Source: Lama glama (lineage: Eukaryota). Taken from it: a stretch of 64,000 nt of DNA. Under the pieces are notes generated by a model. The model did no database searches. It had not been told where the DNA came from and worked only from the letters and a program-made list of their open reading frames with translations. Both the position numbers and the translations under genes were made by a program. The stretch lies in contig CM052817.1 of the NCBI GenBank assembly GCA_028534125.1, positions 51,896,001 to 51,960,000 on the forward strand, written 5' to 3'. This document shows positions 12,951 through 25,955 of the stretch, piece after piece (the first letter of the stretch is position 1; every line of letters begins with the position of its first letter).

Positions 12951-14194
12951 CTGTATATGAGTGATGCATGTCTTGGGTACCGATGTTAAAAAGGTATGCT
13001 TATTGAAGACCTTAACTGAAAGTAAGTTTGAAATATGCTATCAGTACTTTTAGTAATAAATTTAGTCATTGCTTTCTGTGAAAAGAATCAAATACTGTCC
13101 TTTTATAGATTATAGAAATGGAGTTAACCATTCACTGAAGTCTTCATGTTATTATTATTTCTTATGTAAGTATCTAACAGAATTTAGTTGGAGAGGGGAG
13201 TGAAGGGATCAGAGATCCTTTTCCCCTAGATGTTAGTTAATAAAGAAGAAAACGTATGATTCTAGAAATAGGTTATCTGAAATTTTAGAAAATTAAATTT
13301 AAGAAACCAGATGCTGATTCCAGATGTGCTGCACCATTTTAATCTGACTCCATGTGAGGAATATGTTGCAGCTTTCAGGAAAGAACGCTCTGAAACATAT
13401 TTTGTAAGTGCAGTTTCCCAATCAGTGATTTTAAGGAGGCTATCCTGGTCAACCAACATGATTTTATAGAGATTCCCTCATAAATTGTGTTGAAAATTAT
13501 TAACCCTACTACTTCTATTTCAAGACATCTTTCCCAATTACAAAAAAGACCTGCAGAGCAGTGATGTACAAGCCTGGGGAATCCCAAAAGTATCTGAATA
13601 TGTTTGGTAATTAGTGGGAAGCAACGATGAAAGAAAATGTGCAGTGAGATGACAAAGGGAGATACAGAGGGCTAAAGAAAGACCTGTAGATGGTAATAAT
13701 CTACATGATATATATATATATATTCAAACATAAGCAGTGATGCCAGGTTAGCCTGATAAGATTTTAATCAACATGACTAAAGGTCAGTTTCCTTAGATTT
13801 GCTGAAAGACCACAAAAGCAAAACTAGCAACATATCTCTCCATTGGATAGATAGGGAGAATGTTAGTTTCATACTTGATCTGCTTTGAAGGCATCAGAAA
13901 GGGACTCTTAAAGCTAGGTATATCCCTATGGTGTGAGGTATTACCTAAAATTTCACTGCTTGATACATACTCTATTTTCTCCATTTTATAATGGGATTTC
14001 TTGTAAATTGTAATATAGTTTTCAAATCTTTTCAGAAAAAGAAACTAAAGATACACACTGATTATAAGATACATCCGAATTTCAGAAACATAAAAATACA
14101 AAAATCACAATATTGAAAAAATATTAAATGTTAACAAAAATTAAATTTCAAATGTTCCTCAGAAATTCACATATTAGATTAAAACCACTCACAG

Positions 14195-14470
14195 CTGTAG
14201 TGAATGCTGTGGTGAAATACTTCAGTTTCCTCTTTAATTTAAGACACTCATTACTCTAGCCATTAAGGGAATCATATGCCTCTGCTTAGTCCCTGAAGGC
14301 CATCCCCAGCTTCAGAGATCTCTGTGGGACTGGCTGAGAGCTTTGTTGCAACTGCATTAGGGTTCATCATCTTCTGCCTAATCCTGCTTCACTTAAAGGC
14401 CTTCTTAAGACACTCCCCATGCCTCCACCAAATGTTCTGGATGCAAACCTCCAAAATTCCAGACTCTACT
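14195..14470 (+). mobile_element. ERVL LTR fragment (LTR16-like)
   Basis: tgtagtgaatgctgtgg start; ctgaaggccatccccagcttcagag motif, shared with the LTRs at 25956 and 31645. Confidence 0.6.
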
Positions 14471-16149
14471 GCTTGATGTCAATAGCCCATTATAAATAAA
14501 TAATTAGTGAAAATCTGTATACTATAGGTTTAAATATCTCACATTAATGAAGGAGCTGAACACCTGAAAAGAGGTAAAAATGAAAAGCTCCAAGAATGAC
14601 GGATGACCACAATAGCTAGAGAATCAAATTATGACAGTTACGTACTTTGAACTAGTGACTTCATGTTAATCAGTGGGAAAAGGGTGTCTCAATATTTAAC
14701 TACAAGTGTTCTTTTAAAGGAGAGAAGTCCTGACAGAGGGCTTGGATACCTGTTTTTGAATTACTAGACTATGAGAAACTCTCCCAGTGTATCTAGAACT
14801 TTGAAATTAGTTCTAAATGAAGTGATACTGAGAAAGAAACAAAAATGGATTAGCTATGAGCCCAGATAAAACTCTCCTTTCTCCATAACAATATGGAAAA
14901 TATCTCTGGCATTTAAACCCTAGAGAAATAATCTGCTTCCCTCTTGAGCACTTAAAATGTCTAATATTAAAGACATTCATGGCTCCTGTCTTATCTTCCT
15001 AATAATCTTGTAAGTGAAAAAAAGAATAGGAACCATAAGTTAAATATTTTTTAAACTTTCCACAACTTGAAAAGTTGCAATCAGAAGGTACTTACTACAT
15101 ATTTTGGACTAAATGAGCATCACTTTCTGACTAACAAAATCGATCTGCTTTATTTAATTAACTAACGTATATCATATGGTTATGCTCAACATATCATGAT
15201 TAAGTAAGCTTGAATTTTAAAATCATACATGAATTCAATTCCTCACACTGATATTATACTAGTGATGTGACCTTCAGATTCAATTTGTATATCTCTCAAA
15301 CATATTCACATGAGCATTAAATGAAGTAACATATTTAAGTGCCTGTAATACTGCCTGACACAGCAGTTAAAAGTATTGTTACTTTTCTCTCCATTTTTCA
15401 AGTTTACTATGAATACTCTATTTATTAAGATAGGTAAAGTATCTACTATAAATATAATAGGCCTTTAGTAAATGATAATCTCTATTATTATTGTTATAAT
15501 TATTAAAAAGTAAGATTCCATTTTAGTTAAATTTCATAATACTATAGAAGAGTAACCTTAGAAGATGGGTTGATTATTTCACGAGTGGATGTTATATTGT
15601 TGTTAATTTGGTCAATTTCAGCAAACTGGCTATAATTAAAGGGGAAAGCTTATAAATGATTTTACATAACCAATCAAAAATATTTCTTTTTGTTGTACTG
15701 TGTATGTAGTTCCTGAGATAAGCCATGAATACTACTCACATTATTGGTCTTTTGTGAAAGTGCAATAGAGAATAATAAGTACCAAAGTTTAAACGTCTTA
15801 ATATGATTTTTAAAAGTACACCCTTGCAATGCTATAGAATTATGTGTCCTCATTTCTAGATCTTTGAAAAGAATCTCAGAATATTTTTATGCAATATGAA
15901 GAGCAGATATGACAAGGGGAAGTTCTTTAGGAATTAGATAGTATTGTTTTTCAACTCTCAAAATATTCTAAGTGACATTTTAAAAACTTTGCTAGCGAAT
16001 CATGATTTTTTACCCCAAACTCAGTCCCCCAGCTGGAAGGGGAACCTTCTCTGAAGGGAGAGATCATCTGGAGCCCCTGCATTTTTTTCACTTTCACATT
16101 ACTGGGATGCAATTCAAAATGACTAGATATGAGAAAAAGTAACAGATAT

Positions 16150-17735
16150 GAATGAACATTAATAGAAAAGCAGAAATTAGACTCTCATTTTATCCAGATA
16201 CTGGAGTTAGCAGATAGCTACTTTAAAATAACAGTTACAAATATATTTAAGAAAATAAGGAATGGGAAAATAGACAAAATAGTGGATGATTACAGCAAAT
16301 AACTGAAACAGAATCAACTTAACCTTATAGATATAAAAACATATATTATCTAAAACAGTAATTGTGTTTAGCAGCATATTGGATAAAACACAACACAGTA
16401 TTGTTGAGTTTAAAATACTAAAATTGAGGCATAGAGAGCAAAAATAGTGAAAACTCAGAACAAAACATAAAAGACATTCAGTAAAAGCTAAAAAGTAGTC
16501 AGAAAAAAAGAAATGTTATAGGAACAGAATAATGACTTTGACTTCTTGAGCAAAATAATGGAAGTCTGAAGGCAGTGGAATGATATCTTTAAATTGCTGA
16601 AAGAAAATAACTACATTCTAGAACTCTATACTACAGCAAAAAATAACCTTAAAATGGAGAATAAAGATAGTTTTAGACAATAAAAGACAATTTTTCAAAA
16701 AGCACACTTGAACTAAAAACAAAAAGAAACAGTTAAAAAACTAATTAATAGAAAGCAATTCTCCTGGAAGAAAATAATAAAACCAAGAAATATGATGCAG
16801 GAAGGAATGAAGGACACCAGAAAGGGTAAATTTATGGGTACATAATTAACTATGGAAAATACAAAACAATATTTGTTGCCTTGTGAAATGTGTCAGACAC
16901 TAAGGAGACTCCTAAAGATCCTCACTTTCTAGTATTCATGTCCTTGTATAATGCCCTCCACTTAAAGGATCTTTGCCTTGCTTCCAAACAAGAAAAGTGG
17001 CAAAGGGATGGGACGTCACTCTCAAGATCATGCTGTGTTATATAGGACGCGTTCTTCCTGGCACACTTGCTCTCAGGACTCCCCCAGTTGGCTTACTTCA
17101 TTAAGCCGCCATGATGGAGAAGGGCATGTGGCAAGGAAGAGCAGGCAATCTTGAGGAACTGTGGTTAGGTTCTAGTTGCTTACAGGGGCCTCTGGGAGCT
17201 GAAGGTGACCTCTAATTTCCAGTTAGCAAGAGTTTGGGCCCTCAGTTCTTCTGCTGCAAAAATATGAATTCCACTAACAAGCTAGGTGAGCTTGGAAATG
17301 GATTCTTATCCAGTTGAGAATACAATTGTCTGATATGTTGATTGCAGCTTTGAGAATCTGAGCAAAGGACTCAGCTAATTGCCTGATCCTTAGAAACTGT
17401 GAGATAATAAATATGCTTGAAGTCATTAACTGTATGGCAATTTGATATATTGCATAGAAAGCAACTTGTGGAGTTTAAATTATATGTAGAACTATTATGC
17501 ATGACAACACGAGCATGAAATATGAAAGCTGGATAGAGTTAAAAAATTTAAAGCTCCAGTGGTATTGAGGAAATGGTAAAAGTAATGTGTATTAGATTCT
17601 AGTAAGTCAAGAATGTATGTTGTAATCTCTATGTTAGGATCACTTTGAAAATACTTGGCTTTGTCTATTTAAGCTGGATATATACACACATTTTGAACCA
17701 AAAATTATTTTCTAGGTATATATCCAACATATATA

Positions 17736-17766
<31 letters not shown>

Positions 17767-18230
17767 TCAAATATATATATATATATTCACCAAAAGTCAT
17801 ATGCCAAAATGTTTATAGCAGCACTGTTCTTTATTGTCCCAAACTGGAAAATGCCTAAATGTTCATCAATAGTTAATTAGGTGGATATTTTGTGATATAT
17901 TGGTGCATGGGTGATTTACAACTATAAACAACAAAATGAATGATTTTCACAAGCAAATATTGAGTAAAAGACTTCATATACAAAAGAGTACAAACTATAT
18001 TTCCATTTTTATAAGGTGCAAAACTTGTTGAAACTAATCTGTGCTGTTAAAAGTCAGGATAATTGTTACCGTGGAAAGGTGAAATTGTGACTACAAATAA
18101 AATGAGGGAGCTTCTGGTATGATGGCGATGTTCTTTCAATATGAGTGCTGATTACACAGATGCATCCCATCTTGTGAAAATGCAGCAGCTATAAATATAT
18201 ATACTATACATACAGAAAAATGTATTTTTC
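16150..18230 (+). mobile_element. Ancient fragmented L1 (ORF1-region remnants and L1MC/ME-like 3' end), interrupted by an MLT1 LTR
   Basis: gaaggcagtggaatgatatctttaaattgctgaaagaaaataact (ORF1 region); aatgtttatagcagcactgtt...aaactggaaa (3' region). Confidence 0.65.
16889..17465 (+). mobile_element. MaLR LTR (MLT1E-like) nested in L1
   Basis: tattcatgtccttgtataatgccctcc, gggcatgtggcaaggaa and gaaactgtgagataataaat motifs. Confidence 0.8.
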
Positions 18231-19499
18231 ATAAAATTTTATTTCAAAGTATTTGCTTGGGGCCCACCTTGTAGGAAGCACTGGGCTAGATATGCGATGG
18301 AGAGGATATTAATATGAGTAAGTGCTCTTACTCTTAAGGATTCTAAAATCTAGTGAAAGAGATAGTTATAAAAACAAGAAAATGCCAAGTCAGTAAGCTA
18401 TGGGAGCAATGGTATGTGTATTTGAACAGATTTAGGCATCAGAAGAGGAAGTATAAACTCACACTTGGAAAGAAAAAAGAAATAAGTGCCAGCAAAAAAG
18501 GAAGTGGTAAAAGAATTCGCACTCTCCACTCCCATCTGCAGTCCCTGGGGATTGGAGGTGAAGAAAAGAAAGATACAGTGGAAACTAGGGGGGAAAGGGA
18601 GGATTAATGAAAGATTTTGTTTTATTTTATAACCCATTGTAGCATGTTCATCAGTATTGGAAAAGGAATTTTTTTAAAAAAGAGGTGGTGCTTAAAATGT
18701 AAACATTTGAAATTACTGATGGAACAAAGTATCAGTGGGGATAAGGAAAAAGAAAAACAAAGGTATGAACACAGGCAGGAGAATCAGTCTTAAAGAAAAG
18801 TCTGACGTTTTCCCCCATATCTGTAGGATCTGAAATATACCAGAAGAGCAAGGTGGGACTGGGTCAAGGGTGTCTACTTGGTGCCCATGTGCAGCTGTGT
18901 TTGGTCCTTCTCGTTCTTCACCTGTAGAGGCTATTCCACTTAGCTGTGTTGAACTGGAGAAGACGGAGGCACAGAGTGCTAGAGCTTCAATGATATATGT
19001 GAACACATGCCTCAGAGACTGTTTAATCTAAATTAGACCCATAAAAATATATGCCTATGGGATTTGATGATTAAAGTAATCAATTTAATCGATGAAAATA
19101 ATCAGAATGCTAATTTATACTACAGAACAAATTAGTTCTATGAAACTTACAGATTAAAAACTCAGACCCAGGAAAATATTTTTCACTTTTGATGAAAACA
19201 CTGATAGACTAGTTAGAAATTCAGAACTAAGGTTTACACTCAATTGCAGTAACTTTACTGTGCCTAGATTTTCTGGTAGAATCATTCTCCTTCAATATCT
19301 TCCTCTCCTTTGTTTTTAAATGTAATGTATCTAAAATTTTATTTTCTCTGCATTTTAACGTAAGCCGTCATAGCTTAGTTAGGAATAATGTTCAACTACG
19401 TGTATTCATCTACAGAATAGATAAAGCAGACTGCTGTGAACCCAAAATGAGATGATGGAGGCAAAATGAAGCTGTTCTTCTTTTGTGTGTGTCTGGTTG

Positions 19500-20058
19500 T
19501 TCTCAGATTTTTGTTTCACTGGGTTGTTGAAACTTCTTAAGTGGACTTCAGAGCTCTAGAGCTGCTTTTGTTTGCAGACAGTTGTCTAACAGCTGATCTT
19601 TGTTGGCGGGGGGAGGATGGAGGCTACAAGTCTCCTATGCCACCTCTTTGATGACATCACTCCATGCTGTGTTCTTTTCTGAAGCTCTGGGTCTTCTAAA
19701 AGCTCAGGTGGTTGTTTGCACAATTCATTTCATTGAAGCTGTAGAACTCATGGCAGCTGCTTTTTAAGGTCAGAAGCAGAATTCCTCTCATTGCAAGGAA
19801 GGAGTAAGCTCTTTTTTAAATATTCACCTGATTAGGTCAGAGCTAACCCTGCCCAGCCCTTCTGATTAAATCAAAGTCACACTAATTACAGATATCTGGA
19901 TCAGCAAAGTCTACTCGCCTTTCTCGTGTAATGTAACATATAAGAAACCATGCGTGATACCCACAGATCCCACACACACACACACAAAAGGAGGAGATTA
20001 TATGTGTTTCACAATAGCAAGTGCAAATCCTGAGGGCCATCTTAGAGTCTGCCTGCTC
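19500..20058 (-). mobile_element. MaLR LTR (MLT1-type), reverse orientation
   Basis: Ends gggccatcttagagtctgcctgctca, the reverse complement of an MLT1 start. Internal attcatttcattgaagctgtagaact motif. Confidence 0.6.
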
Positions 20059-21339
20059 ATGGATATAGCCATAAAACAAAATGGGCCCACACATCAAAGG
20101 AAAAGTAGAACTTATTTTCCAAGACATGTAATTTTAAACTTGTGCATATGCCATGCTAAGTAAACATTCAGAGAAACTAAATAAGTATAATTATTTACAT
20201 ATATAAATTAGTAATCTTAATGAAATTCCAAATTGCATACTGATTTTCATTCAAAATAGTACTGTTAACCAAACCCACATATTTCTTAAACCTTTCCTAT
20301 TAAGTTTGATGGTTTCTTATCAGAGCCAAATATATACAATTTACTTTACTTTCAACATTCCATATACACATATTTGTCATTCTTTCCTATGTAACCAATC
20401 ATCTAAAAATCCATAATTATTTCTCTTTTTCAAAATTAGGTATGATTTAATTTAAATGTTATTTCAGTATATATGTATGTCTGTTTTGTTATTGGAGGTA
20501 ATCTGAAAAAAAAAGAAAAATGGATTAGCATTTTCTAGGATCCAGAAGGCTAAATCAAGGGCAACATGCTATTGCTATTCCGACAAAAAAAAAAAAACAA
20601 TTTTTCACTTTCAAGCTGCTCTGATTTTCAATTGTTACATTTTGAAATGTTAATTAGTGATTGGTGTTGCTAAAAAAGAAGCTGTGAAATCTCTCTAAAT
20701 TTCATATCTTGCCCTGATTTTAAGATATAGTTATAATCTCTGATTTTACTGAATACATGTTGAAATGTGTTTTAAGCACAGATTCATATAAATACACCAA
20801 GGTTCATATATCATAGACAATATAATTTATTTTGAGTAGTGAATTATTTGGCTTTACATACACAACCTTGAGTTTCATAGAAATCCAATGGACAACATTC
20901 AGGAAATGTCAGAAGGAACGCCTTCTCTAGGTTGCAGATACTTTTTCTTCAGGATATCTCCAAGAAGTCTTCATATTTCAGTGCACATTCAGAATTTTTT
21001 TCGTTTAATAAAAATTTATTGAAAAACTACCATATTCTTGGCATCGTTATGTGTGTTGGATACATATGGTAAGTTAAAAAATGAGGTTCATGTTGTAGTT
21101 TCAGAGACTGACAAATGATGTACTTAATTTCTAAATTAATTTTTCAAGATAGAAAAGAAATTGTCAGTTTTCTACCCTTAAAGATTTTGGACTTCCTAAT
21201 ATTCAGCCCCAGAACTAGATAGGTAGATTTCCTCACCCAATTTAAGCAGTATAGTAAAATCTCCTTCTTAAATTGCTGAGATAATTAAGTTAAATATCTG
21301 CAATAGATAGTCTTTGATTTTGGCTTAAATTATGGTTGA

Positions 21340-22680
21340 CTCTACAGCAATCGATAATTCATACAGAGATTGGCACCTGAATTACTTCAAGTGGAGTGCT
21401 GCTGTAATGGAATCCTAAAACATGGGAAGTGGGCTTTGGGAGGGAGCCATAAGCAGAATCTGGAAGGGCAATGAGGAGACTGCCAAAGGAGACTAGAAAT
21501 AGTATTCTGAAGAATAATTAGCAAGAATATTGCTTGAGTCTTGGAAAATAGAAAAAAGTATTTACCTAAATTGTGAATCTTACTAAACAGGTTTCCAGGA
21601 AGAATGCCGAAAGTATTGATTAGTTTTATTTACCATATATGATAAGGTGTTGTAAGAGATTAATGTATGAAAAACAAAAAAAATTCGTATTTCAAGTACT
21701 TTCTAGAGAAAATATTTCAAACCATAGTTTGCTAGCTTAGAAAATAAAGCTTGTTTTTTTCTCAGCCTCTCCATAGGGCAAATGATGCTTAATGTAAGAA
21801 GTGGCTTCAGAGTTTTGCCAGGAAAAATGTTCTTTTAGGTTAAAGATCATGTCAAAAATGTGCCTGTAATTCATCCTTGTTAAGACCTTTGGATGATTCA
21901 AAGCAGGGTCTGTAGACCCTCTTAGCTAAACAAAAACTGTTTATAAAGAGTTGTAAGGATATTTTTCCACAGCATCAGACTTACAGCCCAAGGTAAAGAG
22001 AAGCTTACCACAAGAAGTTTGTGTGGTACCTTGTGTCTAGAGGAGTGAATTATAAACTGTTATATAAAAATGTCTCAAATAATTTAAAGAAGTTGCCCAC
22101 TTTGAGCTAACAGTGCCAGAGAGAAGGACCAAATGAATAAGAGCCTCTGAGACTCAATTTCTATTTGCAGGAAGTCATCAAAAAAGTCTTTCACCTACAA
22201 ACCTGGGCCATTTCTTAATGAGAAAAGAGGAAGATTGGGGGGAAAACAAAAACAAAACAGAATAGAACAAAACAAAACACAAACCAAGAGCACAGAAGGT
22301 GAAGCTGGGAATTTCAGAGAAGCACTTCCAGGAAGTGCTTAACCAAGGATCTCTGACAGTGGGGGTCCAGCTGTGGCCAAGAGCCTCTTATTTCTTCCCA
22401 TTTCAAATGGCAGCATCTACAGAATTAATCCCATTCCTTTTTCACCAAGGGATGCTAATACTGAATGTTCGGGGGCAATGACTTGTCTTTTTAGTTTAGA
22501 GATCTTCAGGTGGAGAAAAGCCACACCTCAGGAGCTCCATTCGCATTCAATCTTGATGCAGATGATAAAATCCTGCTCTTCAAATTGGTGATAATAATGG
22601 AAGGAGACTCTTAGGGAAGAGATACATGTATTTGGAAAAGATATGAATTGTTGTGGCCAAGGGTTGGCTGCACTGGATGG
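21340..22680 (+). mobile_element. MaLR internal region (MLT1-int) with only LTR stubs
   Basis: LTR end agcaatcgataattcataca is followed by gagattggcacc...gtggagtgctgctgtaa. The 3' end gatatgaattgttgtggccaagggttggc resembles an MLT-int terminus. Confidence 0.65.
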
Positions 22681-22891
22681 TCTTACAATATGATTACCAA
22701 CAACTTTAAAAACAACAATAAAACCGGTTAAACATGGATTTTTAAAAAATTATAAACATGCGCTTGCAATTCTTAGTTATGGTAGCAATAAAATGCTCCT
22801 CTAAGCAATTGCTGCAGTTATTGTTAAGTTTTAAATATATATTTATATTTACATCTTTATATATTGCAATTTTCAACTTAGCATGCTCTTT

Positions 22892-24362
22892 TTTATATTG
22901 AAATATAGTCAGTTACAATGTGTCAATTTCTGGGGTACAGCATAACGTCCCAGTCATGCACATATATACATACATTTGCTTTCATAGTCTTTTTCATTAA
23001 GGTAATTACAAGATATTGAATATAGTTCCCTGTGCTATACAGAAGAAATTTGTTTTTTAATCTATTTTTATATATAGTGGTTAACATTTACAAATCTCAA
23101 ACTCCCAAATTTATTCTTTCCTACCCCTTTTCCTCTGCTAACTATAAGATTGTTTACTATGTCTATGAGTCTGTTTCTGTTTTGTAGATGGGTTCATTAG
23201 TGTCTTTTTTCTTTTTTCTTTAGATTCCACATAAGAGTGATATCATATGATATTTTTCTTTCTCTTTCTGGCTTACTTCACTTAGAAGTGATGATCTCCA
23301 GCTCATAAAACAGCATTATTTTATTCTTTTTTATGGCTGAGTAGTATTCCATTGTATAAATATATCAGAACTTCTTTATCCAGTCATCTGCCTGTCAATG
23401 GACATTTAGATTGTTTCCATGTCTTAGCTATTGTAAATAATGCTGCTGTGAACACTGGGGTGCATATATCTTTTCTAATTAGAGTTCCCTCTGGATATAT
23501 GCCCAGGGGTAGAATTGCTGGATCATACGGTAAGTCTATTTTTAATTTTTTGAGGAGTCTCCATACTGTTTTCCAGTGGTTGCACCAAACTACATTCCCA
23601 CCAGTAATTTAGGAGGGTTCCCTTTTCTCTACATCCTCTCCAGCATTTATCATTGGTGGACTTTTTAATGATGGCCATCTGACTGGTGTGAGGTGATATC
23701 TCATTGTAGTTTGGATTTGCATTTCTCTGATAATTAGCAGCACTGAGCATTTTTTTCATGTGCCTATTGGCCATTTGTATGTCTTCACTGGAGAATTGCT
23801 TGTTTAGGTCTTCTGCCCAGTTTTGGACTGGGTTGCTTGTTTCTTTGTTATTAAGTTGTATGAGCTGTTTATATATCCTGGAAATAAAGCCTTTGTGAGT
23901 CACATCATTTGCAAATATCTTCTCTCATTTTGTAGGTTGTTGTTTTGTTTTGCTTACTGTTTCCTTTGCTGTGCAAAACTTGTAAGTTTGATTAGGTCCC
24001 ATTTGTTTAATTTTGCTTTTATCTCTATTGCCTGGGTAGACTGCCTAGGAGAACATTGCTAAGATTTATGTCAGAGAATGTTTTGCCTATATTTTTAGGA
24101 GGTTTATTGTGTCTTGTCTTATATTTAAGTCTTTAAGCTGTTTTGAGTTTATTTTTGTGTATAGTGTGAGGGAGTGTTCTAACTTCATTGATATACATGT
24201 AGCTGTCCAGTTTTCCCAACACCACTTGCTGAAGAGACTGTCTTTTCTTCATTGTATATTCTTGCCTCATTTGTCAAAGATTAATTGACTGTAGGTCTGT
24301 GGATTTATTTCTGGGTTCTCTATTTTGATCCATTGATCCATATGTCTGTTTTTGTGCCAACA
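22892..24362 (-). mobile_element. Relatively young, 5'-truncated L1 (ORF2 C-terminus plus 3' UTR) with decayed TSD
   Basis: The minus-strand ORF 23523-23903 ([17 protein letters not shown]...[23 protein letters not shown]) is L1 ORF2. Poly-T at the left end. TSD tagcatgctcttt (22879-22891) versus tagcacattcttt (24363-24375). Confidence 0.95.
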
Positions 24363-25955
24363 TAGCACATTCTTTATATTTATCCTTTATTATACATATT
24401 TTATGTGTAAGTTAAATTGGGCTTTACAATTTGCTGTCGACTCTTGTGGACTCAACAATATGCATATGATTTGAAACAAAATTCATTAAGATTTGGGATT
24501 GTTTGAGCTCACGTTGGGAGTCAAGTCTCCAATTCTTCTGGTGCTACATACTTTAGGTATTTAACTGTTATTCAAAATATAAATGATGATAGCACAGTGA
24601 TTTTAAGGTCAAAAGAAAAAAGCATAAGGTAATTTCATTCTGTCTTTCAAAAGTGACTACTTGGAGTTTGTTTTTTCTCTTTTAGTCTCTCTCTTTATAC
24701 ATATATATATTTTTTTCTACAGAAACATTTGAAAATTGCTGTAGTTGACCCCAAAGAAACAAAAACTTAGAATGCCATTTCTAAAATTCATTATAAAATA
24801 GAATTTCTATGAATTTCTGCCAAACTTATCTTTAAGACTTTTCAAAACTATATGCATCTGTTTCTTCATGTGAGAGAAACTTTTTGAAATAAAAATTAAT
24901 AAAACACATTCTTCGATCAACTATGAGCAAAGTTAGATAGACAAATCTTGTTATGCTAACTATTCAGCATGATTATATGAAGATCAATTTTGATGAATTG
25001 ACAAATTTCCAAAAGTTACAGCTCTAAAATATAGACTGTAATCATTACTCATTACTATAACAGACCAACATGCAGGTATATATTTATTTTTTCCTGTTTT
25101 AAAAAATACACTAATATAATTGAAAAGAACTGTTCATAATTCTTATTGTATGCTATTTTTATTTTTATATAATTAGACATATAAAGTTCAATAATATGTA
25201 CATATGAAGTTCAATAACAAAAAAATTTCCTGGTCAGCATTTCTCTTCTGTCCATTATTATTATTGATTTCATGTCACGCTTATTACTGAAAATGATTTT
25301 GCCATATAGAGAAGTATGACATTAAAAAAATAATCTGCTTCAGGTGTCAAATACGCTAAGTATCCTACTTATGGTAATTCTGGTGGGGCCAAAGCGGGGC
25401 TTTAGGTTTCTAATCAAAGACAAAAGTGGTTCATGCTTATGAAAGTAAAATCAATGCCCTCATTTTCATTGTCAGGGATTATAAGAATGAAAAGGAAATA
25501 ATGTTGATTATATTTATATTTCTTAGAGTCCACCTGGAATAAAAGAGAATTAATTCTAAGTCATTAAACGCTCTTTCAAACTAACTAAAATTGTATAGAG
25601 AAGGGCATGATTTTTTATTAGATTAGACATCTAATGTGTTATAAGAGAAAATCAAGTAGAGCAAAGAATGTGAACAAATATGGTTAGAGATCAATAGCAA
25701 TAATACATCTCTGTACATGTTTTTCAAAATTTCAATGTTATTATCATTACATAACTTTATTTAACCATTTCAATTGCCTTATGCAAAAATAACTCATGGC
25801 AAATTTGGGGGGCAGAAACCACATTTAGCGGGTTGGAGAGTGAATGGACTTTGATGAAGTGAAAACAAAGAAAGACGGTAATTCTATTAAACTCTGATGA
25901 TACTAACATATGATTAATCCTAATTAAAGAGCATAGTGGTGCAGAGAGTTTAAAC

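Noticed and set aside
23523..23903. 126-aa ORF as a host gene
   Set aside because: It is a frameshifted L1 ORF2 C-terminal fragment.
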